Positions 1 to 8,371 of a stretch of DNA of 64,000 bases are shown piece by piece. How positions within the stretch are numbered: position 1 is the first letter of the stretch; every line of letters begins with the position of its first letter. A program made the translations under genes and the position numbers. Under the pieces are notes generated by a model that saw only the letters and a list, made by a program, of their open reading frames with translations, did not search any database and was not told the origin of the DNA. This DNA comes from Alphaproteobacteria bacterium (GTDB lineage: Bacteria; Pseudomonadota; Alphaproteobacteria; GCA-2731375), in the NCBI GenBank assembly GCA_965232515.1, contig CBDDPY010000002.1:1696001-1760000 (forward strand), in the 5' to 3' direction.

Positions 1-133
1 CGTCACGTCCATCGCCGGCTGACGACAGCCCACAAACATCCCCTTCCAGCGTTTTCGGCGCTTCGGGCTTGCCCCGACGCGGGCGTCTGCCGCATGCTTG
101 CGGCCACGCCATCAACAGCCGGAAACGAAGAAA

Positions 134-844
134 ATGACCGAGGGACCTGTCGACCCCGCCGTCCTGGATGCGCTTCGCAAGCTGGACACGCCCACCGTCT
201 GCAACGCGCTCGAAATCACCTCGCCCGAGCGTCGAGGCCATGGCTACACCGTGGAACCGCTGGTCTGCGCCCGAAGCGACCTGCCGCCGATCGTGGGCTA
301 CGCCCGCACCGCGACGATCCGGGCCATGCAGCCGAGCCATGACGATGCAGAGACGGCGAAAGCCAAACGCCTCGCCTACTACACCCATGTCGCCGAGGGT
401 CCCGGTCCGACGATCACCGTGATCCAGGACCTTGACGGCGGCCGCATCGGCTACGGCGCTTTCTGGGGCGAGGTGAACAGCAACATCCATAAGGGCCTCG
501 GCTGCCTCGGCGTGGTGACGGACGGCAGCATCCGCGACCTCGAAGACATCGCCGACGGCTTCCAGCTCCTGGCCGGCCGCGTCGGCCCGTCACATGCGCA
601 CGTGCATCTCGTGGACGTCGGCGGCGCCGTGAACGTGGCCGGCATGCTGGTCAGCCCCGGCGATCTGATCCATGCCGACAGGCACGGCGCCGTCGTGATC
701 CCGGCCAACGCGGCCGCCGAAGTGCCGGCCGCGGCCGAGCTGATCTCGCGGCGCGAGGCCGTCATCCTGGAAGCCGCCAAAAGCCCCGATTTCAACATCG
801 AGAAGCTGAAGCAGGCGATGGCCGACCAGGCCGAAATCCACTGA
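134..844 (+). CDS. RraA/HMG-aldolase family protein
   Basis: DTPTVCNALE N-terminus; WGEVNSN...GVVTDGSIRD and PGDLIHADRHGAVVIP motifs; ATG at 134 preferred over the upstream ORF start. Confidence 0.8.
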   Translation: MTEGPVDPAVLDALRKLDTPTVCNALEITSPERRGHGYTVEPLVCARSDLPPIVGYARTATIRAMQPSHDDAETAKAKRLAYYTHVAEGPGPTITVIQDLDGGRIGYGAFWGEVNSNIHKGLGCLGVVTDGSIRDLEDIADGFQLLAGRVGPSHAHVHLVDVGGAVNVAGMLVSPGDLIHADRHGAVVIPANAAAEVPAAAELISRREAVILEAAKSPDFNIEKLKQAMADQAEIH

Positions 845-860
845 CGGGGACCGCGCTGAT

Positions 861-1646
861 ATGACGGAACAATCGGAGACGGCGGTCCTGGTCAGCCGGC
901 CGGCGGCCTTTGTCACGCAGCTTCAGATCAACCGGCCGAAGGCCATGAACGCGCTGAACGGCGCCGTGCTGGGCGGCATCGCCGCGGCGCTGGCCGATGC
1001 CGTCGACGACGACGAGGTGCGCTGCGTCGTGCTGACCGGCGACCAGCGGGCCTTCGCGGCCGGCGCCGATATCAAGGAGATGCCAACCCGCACGCCGGCC
1101 ACCGTGCTGACCGACAAGCGCGGCGAGCACTGGCACGCCGTCGCCAGCTTCCCGAAGCCGATCATCGCGGCCGTGAACGGTTATGCCTTGGGCGGCGGCT
1201 GCGAGCTCGCCATGTCGTGCGACATCATCGTCGCCGGCGAGAACGCCATGTTCGGCCAGCCGGAGGTCAATCTCGGCATCATCGCCGGCGCCGGCGGTAC
1301 GCAGCGGCTGGTCAAGGCGGTCGGCAAGTCCGTCGCCATGAAGATGCTGCTGGCCTCCGAATTCATCGACGCCGACACGGCGCTGGCCTCGGGACTGGTG
1401 GCCGATGTGGTCGCCCCGGAATTGACCCTGGAACGGGCCGTGGCGCTGGCCGAGACCATCGCCGCGAAGGCGCCGCTGGCCGTGCGGCTGACGAAGCAGG
1501 CCGTGCTGCGCTCGTTCGACGTCAGCATCGAGGCCGGGCTGCAGTTCGAGCGCAATTGCTCGGCCGCCCTGTTCGGCACCGAGGACCGCCTGGAAGGCGT
1601 CACCGCCTTCATCGAGAAGCGCAAGGCCGATTTCAAGAACCGCTGA
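861..1646 (+). CDS. paaF: Enoyl-CoA hydratase, PaaF-like (2,3-dehydroadipyl-CoA hydratase)
   Basis: Crotonase motifs AFAAGADIKEM, GYALGGGCEL, FGQPE, GAGGTQRL; adjacent to paaG/I/K-like genes. Confidence 0.75.
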   Translation: MTEQSETAVLVSRPAAFVTQLQINRPKAMNALNGAVLGGIAAALADAVDDDEVRCVVLTGDQRAFAAGADIKEMPTRTPATVLTDKRGEHWHAVASFPKPIIAAVNGYALGGGCELAMSCDIIVAGENAMFGQPEVNLGIIAGAGGTQRLVKAVGKSVAMKMLLASEFIDADTALASGLVADVVAPELTLERAVALAETIAAKAPLAVRLTKQAVLRSFDVSIEAGLQFERNCSAALFGTEDRLEGVTAFIEKRKADFKNR

Positions 1647-1669
1647 GCCGGCGTCGAGGGAGGAAACCG

Positions 1670-2473
1670 ATGAGCTACGAGACCATCACGCTGGAGAAGA
1701 CCGACGGCGTCGCCCGGCTGACGCTGAACCGGCCGGACAAGATGAATGCGCTGAGCCGCGACATGGTCGGCGAGCTGAGCGACGCCATCAAGCATATCGC
1801 CCGCGACAAGGAAATCCGGGCCGTGCTGATGACGGGCAATGGTCGCGGCTTCTGCGCCGGCGCCGATCTGGCCGAAGGCATGATGCGGAACGACGGCAAC
1901 GTCGATCTGGGCAAGCAGGTCGCCGACGGCATGGAGCGCCTGCACAACCGGCTGGTCCGGGCGCTGGCCAAGCTGGAGAAGCCCGTCGTCGCGGCGGTGA
2001 ACGGCGCCGCCGCCGGCGGCGGCATGAGCCTGGCGCTGACTGCCGATATCGTGATTGCCGCCAAATCGGCCTATTTCGTGCTGGTCTTCGGCCCCAATCT
2101 CGGCATCGTGCCTGATATGGGCGCGTCCTGGCTGACGCCGCGGCTGATCGGCGACGCCCGCGCCCGCGGCATGGCGCTGACCGGCGAGCGCATCCCGGCC
2201 GAGCAGGCCGCCGAGTGGGGCATGATCTGGAAAGCGGTCGACGATGACGCGCTGCTGGACGAGGCGCAGACGCTGGCGGCGAAACTGGCGGCCGGCCCGA
2301 CCCTCGGCTTCGGCCTGATCAAGCGCGCGCTGCTGGCCTCGGGCCAGAACAGCCTCGACGCCCAACTCGACATGGAGCGGGACATGCAGAACATCGCCGC
2401 GCGCAGCCATGATTTCACCGAGGGCGTCGCCGCCTTCGTCGCCAAGCGGCCGCCGGCCTTCAAGGGACATTGA
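1670..2473 (+). CDS. paaG: PaaG-like ring-1,2-epoxyphenylacetyl-CoA isomerase (crotonase family)
   Basis: GGAGG Shine-Dalgarno (SD) before ATG 1670; GRGFCAGADL, GIVPDMGASW, AEQAAEWGMIW; paa context. Confidence 0.75.
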   Translation: MSYETITLEKTDGVARLTLNRPDKMNALSRDMVGELSDAIKHIARDKEIRAVLMTGNGRGFCAGADLAEGMMRNDGNVDLGKQVADGMERLHNRLVRALAKLEKPVVAAVNGAAAGGGMSLALTADIVIAAKSAYFVLVFGPNLGIVPDMGASWLTPRLIGDARARGMALTGERIPAEQAAEWGMIWKAVDDDALLDEAQTLAAKLAAGPTLGFGLIKRALLASGQNSLDAQLDMERDMQNIAARSHDFTEGVAAFVAKRPPAFKGH

Positions 2474-2483
2474 GTTCAGCCGC

Positions 2484-2942
2484 ATGAACGAGATGTCGGA
2501 CGCCATCGCGCTGGAGATCGCGACCAAGGCCGGCGACGCCATGTACGACCGCGATTACGCGGCCCAGGCGCTCGGCATCAAGCTGGAGGAGATCCGTCCC
2601 GGCTTTGCCCGGATGAGCATGACCGTACGCGACGACATGGTGAACGGCCACGATATGTGCCATGGCGGGTTCACGTTCACGCTCGCCGACACCACGCTCG
2701 CCTATGCCAGCAATTCCTACAACGCCGTCGCCGTCGCCCAGACCGCAACCATTACCTTCACCTCGCCCGGTCGCCGCGGTGAAGTGCTGACCGCGGTCAG
2801 CGAGGAGCGCAGCCACGGCGGCCGCACCGGCATCTACGACGTCGTCGTCACCGGCGAGGACGGCCGCGCAATCGCCCACTTCCGCGGCATCACCCAGCGC
2901 ATCAAGGGCGAGGTGGTGACCGGGCTGCCGGTCTCGCAATAG
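2484..2942 (+). CDS. paaI: Hydroxyphenylacetyl-CoA thioesterase PaaI (hotdog fold)
   Basis: MVNGHDMCHGGFTFTLADT and GRTGIYDV motifs. Confidence 0.85.
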   Translation: MNEMSDAIALEIATKAGDAMYDRDYAAQALGIKLEEIRPGFARMSMTVRDDMVNGHDMCHGGFTFTLADTTLAYASNSYNAVAVAQTATITFTSPGRRGEVLTAVSEERSHGGRTGIYDVVVTGEDGRAIAHFRGITQRIKGEVVTGLPVSQ

Positions 2943-2982
2943 ACACATGCGGGGCGACGGAATGTCGCGGCGACTGAAACAA

Positions 2983-3002
2983 TCGCGACGTCGACGTCGC
3001 GA
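2983..3002. repeat. Perfect 20-bp palindrome TCGCGACGTC-GACGTCGCGA
   Basis: Read directly in the paaI-paaK intergenic region. Confidence 0.8.
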
Positions 3003-3021
3003 GTCGACCCGCTTAGATACT

Positions 3022-3035
3022 ATCGACCGTTAGAT
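3022..3035. promoter_or_regulatory. Possible PaaR (TetR)-type operator ATCGACCGTTAGAT
   Basis: Resembles recalled ACCGACCGTTCGGT-type PaaR boxes; 40 bp upstream of paaK; imperfect match. Confidence 0.3.
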
Positions 3036-3073
3036 CACCACCCTCTAATAGGCAACCGGACCGATCGCAAAAA

Positions 3074-4396
3074 ATGACCAAGCAACGGCGAAACGCCCCT
3101 CCGGACACGAACCTGCTCGACCCGATCGAAACCGCCAGCCGCGACGAGATCGCCGCCCTGCAGCTTTCGCGACTGCAAAAGACGCTGGCGCATGCCTATG
3201 CCAACGTGCCGCACTACCGTCAGAGCTTCGATGCCGCCGGCGTGCATCCCGACGACTGCAAGGCGCTGTCGGATTTGGCCAGGTTCCCGTTCCTGGCCAA
3301 GGACGATCTGCGCCGGCATTACCCCTTCGGCCTGTTCGCCGTGCCCCGCGAGCAGGTGGTCCGCGTGCACGCTTCGTCCGGCACCACCGGCCTGCCCACC
3401 GTCGTCGGCTACACAGCCAACGACATTGAGATCTGGTCCGAGGTCATGGCGCGCTCGATCCGCGCCGCCGGCGGCCGGCCCGGCGATCTCGTCCATGTCG
3501 CCTACGGCTACGGCCTGTTCACCGGCGGGTTGGGCGCGCATTACGGCGCCGAAAAACTCGGCTGCACCGTGGTGCCGATGTCGGGCGGCCAGACCGAGAA
3601 ACAGGTCCAGTTGATCAACGACTTCGGGCCGGCGATCATCATGGTGACACCGTCTTACATGCTGGCCATCGCGGACGCGTTCGAGGCGCAGAATATCGAT
3701 CCGGCGACCTCGTCGCTGCTGGTCGGCATTCACGGCGCCGAACCCTGGACCGAGAGCATGCGGACCGAGATCGAAGCCCGCTTCGACATGGACGCGGTCG
3801 ACATCTACGGCCTGTCGGAGGTGATGGGCCCTGGCGTCGCCAACGAATGCGTCGAGACCAAGGACGGCCTGCATATCTGGGAGGACCATTTCTATCCCGA
3901 GATCATCGATCCGGCGACCGGCGCGCCGGTGGCCGACGGCGAACACGGCGAGATGGTCTGGACCAGCCTGACGAAAGAAGCCTTCCCGGTGGTGCGCTAT
4001 CGCAGCCGCGACCTCACCCGCCTGCTGCCGGGCACGGCGCGCTCGATGCGACGCATGGAGAAGATCACTGGCCGCTCGGACGACATGCTGATCATCCGCG
4101 GCGTCAACGTGTTCCCGACGCAGATCGAGGAAATCGTGCTGAAGGACGACCGGCTGTCGCCGCACTACCTGCTGGAGGTCCGGCGCGAGAAGACGCTGGA
4201 CGAGCTCGACGTTCTGGTCGAATGCCGGCCGGAATTCGCCGCCAATGGCGACCGCGAAAGCGCCGCGGCCGAGCTGCGGCATCACATCAAATCGCTGGTC
4301 GGCGTCACCGCGCGGGTGCAGATCGTCGATCCCGACAGCATCGAACGATCGATGGGCAAGGCCGTACGCGTCGTCGACCTGCGGCCGAAATCGTAA
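3074..4396 (+). CDS. paaK: Phenylacetate-CoA ligase
   Basis: HASSGTTG P-loop, YGYGLFTGGLGAHYGAE, DIYGLSEVMGPGV, GRSDDMLIIRGVNVFP. Confidence 0.95.
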   Translation: MTKQRRNAPPDTNLLDPIETASRDEIAALQLSRLQKTLAHAYANVPHYRQSFDAAGVHPDDCKALSDLARFPFLAKDDLRRHYPFGLFAVPREQVVRVHASSGTTGLPTVVGYTANDIEIWSEVMARSIRAAGGRPGDLVHVAYGYGLFTGGLGAHYGAEKLGCTVVPMSGGQTEKQVQLINDFGPAIIMVTPSYMLAIADAFEAQNIDPATSSLLVGIHGAEPWTESMRTEIEARFDMDAVDIYGLSEVMGPGVANECVETKDGLHIWEDHFYPEIIDPATGAPVADGEHGEMVWTSLTKEAFPVVRYRSRDLTRLLPGTARSMRRMEKITGRSDDMLIIRGVNVFPTQIEEIVLKDDRLSPHYLLEVRREKTLDELDVLVECRPEFAANGDRESAAAELRHHIKSLVGVTARVQIVDPDSIERSMGKAVRVVDLRPKS

Positions 4397-4401
4397 CCGG
4401 A

Positions 4402-4887
4402 CTAACGACCGAACAGACGGGCGAGGAAGCCGCCGCCGCGGCGTTTCGCCAGATATTGCTGGTGATAGTCCTCGGCAAGCCAGAACGGCCCAACGGCCGA
4501 GATTTCGGTGACGACCTCGCCGCGATGCGCGCCGGACTCCCGCTGCGTCGCCTTCGATGACCGCGCCGCGGCCTCCTGCTCGGCATCGTGATAGAAGATC
4601 GCCGAGCGGTACTGCGTGCCGACGTCGAAACCTTGGCGGTTCAATTGCGCCGGGTCGTGCGAGTCCCAGAACACGTCCAGCAGCTCATCATAGGTGATCC
4701 GGTTCGGGTCGTACGCGACGCGCACGACCTCGGCATGACCGGTCGCACCGCCGCAGACGTCCTCGTAAGTCGGGTTCTCGAAATGGCCGCCGGCGTAGCC
4801 GACTGATGTCGACGTCACGCCCGTGAGTCCGCTGAAGGCCTGCTCGACACCCCAGAAACAGCCCGCGGCAAAGGTCGCTTCCGCCAT
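4402..4887 (-). CDS. msrA: Peptide methionine sulfoxide reductase A
   Basis: [31 protein letters not shown]. Confidence 0.95.
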   Translation of the reverse strand: MAEATFAAGCFWGVEQAFSGLTGVTSTSVGYAGGHFENPTYEDVCGGATGHAEVVRVAYDPNRITYDELLDVFWDSHDPAQLNRQGFDVGTQYRSAIFYHDAEQEAAARSSKATQRESGAHRGEVVTEISAVGPFWLAEDYHQQYLAKRRGGGFLARLFGR

Positions 4888-4927
4888 GTTTTGTTTCCCT
4901 TCTCAATGTGCCTTCGGCGGCGAGTCA

Positions 4928-5746
4928 TCAAGGTCCGACGAATTCCTCCAGGAAGGCAAGCTGAATGTCGGCGCTGCCGAATGCCGACAGATTGTTGTGA
5001 CCTGCCAGCAGCAGGAACACGCCGCGCTTCGGTTCCGGCGCCGCCGCCAGCAGCCGCCGCCCTTGCGCCACGGGCACGATGCGGTCGCGCTCGCCATGCA
5101 CGATCAGAACCGGCGCGGTAATGCCGACGATGTGCCGGATGGAATCGAAACGGTCCTCGGCCAGCGTCTCCACCGGCAGCAGCGGATAATGGTAGCGGCC
5201 GGCATCGATGACCGAGGTAAACGGCGCCTCCAGGATCAGCGCCGCCACGCGATGGTTTGCGGCTAGCTGGACCGCGATGGCCGTGCCCAGCGACTCGCCG
5301 AACAGCACCAAGCGGTCCGACGGAACGCCCGCGTCGGCGAGATAGGCGAGGCCGGCGGCGCCGTCGGCCAGCAGGCCCGCCTCGGACGGCGTGCCCGGAT
5401 TGCCGCCATAACCCCGATAGCCGACCAGAAGCACGCCGTAGCCGGCGGCGCGGAATGGCCGCAGTTTAGGCACGCGGCCGGCGATATTGCCGGCGTTGCC
5501 GTGCAGGTAGACAATCGTCGGTCGGCCGTCCTCGGCCGCCGCGTGCCAAGCCGTGAGCGACAGGCCGTCCGTCGTCGTCAACTCCACCACGTCATAGGCC
5601 GTCGCGCCGATCTCGGCCGGCGTCGGCAGATTGTCGGCCGGAAAGTAGAGCAGCGCCCGTTGCAGGCAGCCGGCGACGAGCACGGGCGTGAGGGCGATCA
5701 CAAGAAGTCTTATTGCGCGCATCTGCGTCCACATCGGTGCGATCAA
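4928..5746 (-). CDS. Alpha/beta hydrolase (ABHD12/YfhR-like); start uncertain
   Basis: HGNAGN, YRGYG, GESLG nucleophile elbow, HGERD, GHN. Confidence 0.85.
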   Translation of the reverse strand: MIAPMWTQMRAIRLLVIALTPVLVAGCLQRALLYFPADNLPTPAEIGATAYDVVELTTTDGLSLTAWHAAAEDGRPTIVYLHGNAGNIAGRVPKLRPFRAAGYGVLLVGYRGYGGNPGTPSEAGLLADGAAGLAYLADAGVPSDRLVLFGESLGTAIAVQLAANHRVAALILEAPFTSVIDAGRYHYPLLPVETLAEDRFDSIRHIVGITAPVLIVHGERDRIVPVAQGRRLLAAAPEPKRGVFLLLAGHNNLSAFGSADIQLAFLEEFVGP

Positions 5747-5774
5747 GATATGGGGACGCGACGGATCGCCAGCA

Positions 5775-5798
5775 AATTAGTTTCTACTGCAACTAATT
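5775..5798. promoter_or_regulatory. Palindromic operator AATTAGTTTC-TACT-GCAACTAATT (putative MarR site)
   Basis: 10-bp arms with 1 mismatch; near-identical to the palindrome at 52189-52206. Confidence 0.65.
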
Positions 5799-5853
5799 AT
5801 GTTAGGATGGAAAAAAAGCCCGCGATCGCAACACCGGTTCGGAGGCAAGCCGG

Positions 5854-7527
5854 ATGCCAGCTTACGCCTATCCGCATTATGACGCCGTTCGCCCGCCCGA
5901 GCTCGACGGCGAAACCGTCCTGCACGACGTCGCCATCGTCGGTGGCGGTCCCGTCGGCCTGAGCCTGGCGCTGGATCTGGCGCAGCGGGGCCTGCGCACG
6001 GTCGTCCTGCAGTCGAGCAACACGCTGAGCGAGGGCAGCCGGGCGCTGTGCTGGTCGAAGCGGACGCTCGAGGTCCTGGACCGCTTCGGCGTCGCGCGAC
6101 CGATCGCCGAGCGCGGCTTCACCTGGAGCACGGGCCGGGTCTACGCCGGCGACCGGGAGGTCTATCACTTCGATCTGCAACCGGAACGCGACCAGCCCTT
6201 CCCCGCCTTCGTCAATCTGCAGCAATACTTCGCCGAGGAATATCTGGTCGACGCGGTCAAGCGCGCCGGTCAGTTAATCGAGCTGCGCTGGCAGAACAAG
6301 GCGACGGGTATCGAGCAGGACGACGAATGCGCCACGCTCAAGGTCGAGACGCCGCACGGCTACTACCAGCTGCGTAGCCGCTATGTCGTCGCCTGCGACG
6401 GCGCCAAGTCGACGATCCGGCGGGCCATGGGGCTCGGCTTCGAGGGCCGGGTGTTCGAGGACAATTTCCTGATCGCCGATGTCGACGTTGCCGGCGATGT
6501 CGGCGCCAAGGACCGGCGCTTCTGGTTCAACCCGAGCTTCGATCCGAGCGAGACGGCGCTCTGCCACGGTCAGGGCGACGGCATGTGGCGGGTCGATTTT
6601 CAGCTCGGCTGGGACGTGGACGTCGATGCCGAGATGCAGCCGGAAAAGGCGCTGCCACGGATCAAGGCGATGCTGGGCCGCGACGATGTCGAGGCGACCT
6701 GGATCAGCATCTATACCTTCCAGTGCCGCCGGGTCGAACGCTTCCGGCATGGGCGCGTGCTGTTCGCCGGCGACGCCGCGCACCAGGTCTCGCCGTTCGG
6801 CGCGCGCGGCGGCAACTCCGGCATCCAGGACGCGGAGAACCTGGCCTGGAAGCTGGCCCTGGTGATAGACGGCCGGGCGCCCGACGCGCTGCTGGACAGC
6901 TATCACGACGAACGCTCCTATGCGGCGGACGAGAACATCCGCATTACCAGCCGCACGGTCGATTTCATGACGGCGAAGACGCCGCTGCGCGCCCGCATGC
7001 GTCGGGCCGTGCTGGGCCTCGCCGAGAAGCACGAGTTCGCCCGCGCCCTGATCAATTCAGGCCGGCTGTCGACGCCGACGGTGCATGACCAGTCGCCGCT
7101 CAACAGCGACCATGGACTTGCCGGACCGGCGGCCCCCGGCGGCCCCTGCCCCAACCGGCAGCTCGCCGACGGCGGCTATCTGTTGGACCATCTCGGGCGC
7201 GGTCTGCGCTTCGAAGGGTTGTACGTTGCGGACGCCGTGCCGAGCAGCACCGAGCTTTCGGCCTTCAAGGCGCTGCAGGCCGCCGAGGTGCCGATCGACA
7301 CCATCGTTGTCGGCGTCGACGACGCCGAGGGCCTGCGCACGCTGCCGGACCCGGACGGCCGGATCGCCGCGGCGCTCGACGCCGGTCCGGGGCAATACAT
7401 CCTGTTGCGCCCCGATCAGCATGTCGCGGCGGTGCTGCCGCGGCTCGACCTGGAGCAGATTCACGCGGCGCTCGACCGGGCGCTGGCGAAGCAACCGCCA
7501 CCCGCATTGGCGCAGGCGGGAGAGTGA
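5854..7527 (+). CDS. FAD-dependent aromatic hydroxylase, MhaA-like (hydroxyphenylacetate to homogentisate inferred)
   Basis: GGGPVG, ACDGAKS, FAGDAAHQVSPFGARGGNSG, C-terminal LLRPDQHV; coupled to a small DUF2783-like gene. Confidence 0.8.
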   Translation: MPAYAYPHYDAVRPPELDGETVLHDVAIVGGGPVGLSLALDLAQRGLRTVVLQSSNTLSEGSRALCWSKRTLEVLDRFGVARPIAERGFTWSTGRVYAGDREVYHFDLQPERDQPFPAFVNLQQYFAEEYLVDAVKRAGQLIELRWQNKATGIEQDDECATLKVETPHGYYQLRSRYVVACDGAKSTIRRAMGLGFEGRVFEDNFLIADVDVAGDVGAKDRRFWFNPSFDPSETALCHGQGDGMWRVDFQLGWDVDVDAEMQPEKALPRIKAMLGRDDVEATWISIYTFQCRRVERFRHGRVLFAGDAAHQVSPFGARGGNSGIQDAENLAWKLALVIDGRAPDALLDSYHDERSYAADENIRITSRTVDFMTAKTPLRARMRRAVLGLAEKHEFARALINSGRLSTPTVHDQSPLNSDHGLAGPAAPGGPCPNRQLADGGYLLDHLGRGLRFEGLYVADAVPSSTELSAFKALQAAEVPIDTIVVGVDDAEGLRTLPDPDGRIAAALDAGPGQYILLRPDQHVAAVLPRLDLEQIHAALDRALAKQPPPALAQAGE

Positions 7528-7529
7528 TC

Positions 7530-7730
7530 ATGACCGAAACCATGCGATCCGAACTCAACATCGCCGATCCGGACGCCTTCTACGAGGCGCTGATACGCTG
7601 CCACGAGGGCCTGAGCGACGACGACAGCAACCTGCTGAACGCCCGGCTTGTATTGCTGCTCGCCAACCAGGTCGGCGACATGGATGTGCTCGATAAATGC
7701 CTCGCCGCCGCCCGCGACGGTCTGGACTAA
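7530..7730 (+). CDS. DUF2783 family small protein (MhaB-like coupling subunit)
   Basis: PDAFYEALI..H.GLS....LNARLVLLLANQVGD pattern; GGGAGA SD inside the end of the upstream gene. Confidence 0.8.
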   Translation: MTETMRSELNIADPDAFYEALIRCHEGLSDDDSNLLNARLVLLLANQVGDMDVLDKCLAAARDGLD

Positions 7731-7834
7731 AGTTACGGGGACAGTATACTTATAGTTACGGCAACAGTATACTTATAGTTTCGGGGACAGTAACCTTAAT
7801 TCCGTTTCGAATTAAGGTTACTGTCCCCGGAACT
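7731..7834. repeat. Three ~23-bp direct units followed by an inverted copy (GGGGACAG...CTGTCCCC REP-like element)
   Basis: Units start at 7731, 7754 and 7777; 7777-7802 pairs with 7809-7834 (25/26) around a 6-nt loop. Confidence 0.85.
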
Positions 7835-7854
7835 GGCGGGCTCCGCAACTTCTG

Positions 7855-8223
7855 TCAATCCTTCTTGCGTTTCTTTTTCGGCGCCTTGGCGGATTCGGCG
7901 CGGAGCGCCACGTCGACGGAATTGCGGGCCCAGGCGAGGATGTCGTCTTCGTTGTCGGCAACCTCGTCCGGAACCCGGTAGTACGACATCACCGCGCGTT
8001 TGCCGCCTTTCGCCTCGTAGACGAAGGGACCGGCGGCCATGGCCTCGTAGTCGCCCCGGTTCCGGTCGTCAACCTTGAAATAGAGCTCGTCGTTCGAGAT
8101 CAGAGCGAACATCAGGCCGCGATAGAAGATGCCGACGCCGCCGAACATGCCCCGCGTCGTCACCTTGCCGACGGGCTGCAACAACTCCTCGACATAGGCG
8201 CGATATTCCTTCGAGTAGGCCAC
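7855..8223 (-). CDS. TfoX/Sxy N-terminal domain protein
   Basis: RGMFGGVGIF..GLMFALI...LYFKVD and MSYYRVP motifs; GTG start. Confidence 0.85.
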   Translation of the reverse strand: MAYSKEYRAYVEELLQPVGKVTTRGMFGGVGIFYRGLMFALISNDELYFKVDDRNRGDYEAMAAGPFVYEAKGGKRAVMSYYRVPDEVADNEDDILAWARNSVDVALRAESAKAPKKKRKKD

Positions 8224-8264
8224 GCGAGCACTCCGCGAATTGCCAGACTTGATGCCTCCAAGTT

Positions 8265-8338
8265 TGTCATTGCCGGACTTGATCCGGCAATCCAGAAGCA
8301 GCGGCCCTGGATCGCCGGGTCAAGGCCCGGCGATGACG
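8265..8338. repeat. CGTC/GTCA-tagged REP doublet
   Basis: GTCATTGCCGGACTTGATCCGGCAATCCA followed by inverted TGGATCGCCGGGTCAAGGCCCGGCGATGAC; related to 40766-40850. Confidence 0.8.
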
Positions 8339-8371
8339 ATGTGGAAAGCGCGAGTGCTGGCGTCGCCGACG

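Noticed and set aside
7731-7834. Possible mini CRISPR array
   Set aside because: Units are contiguous with no unique spacers, end in an inverted copy, and no cas genes are nearby
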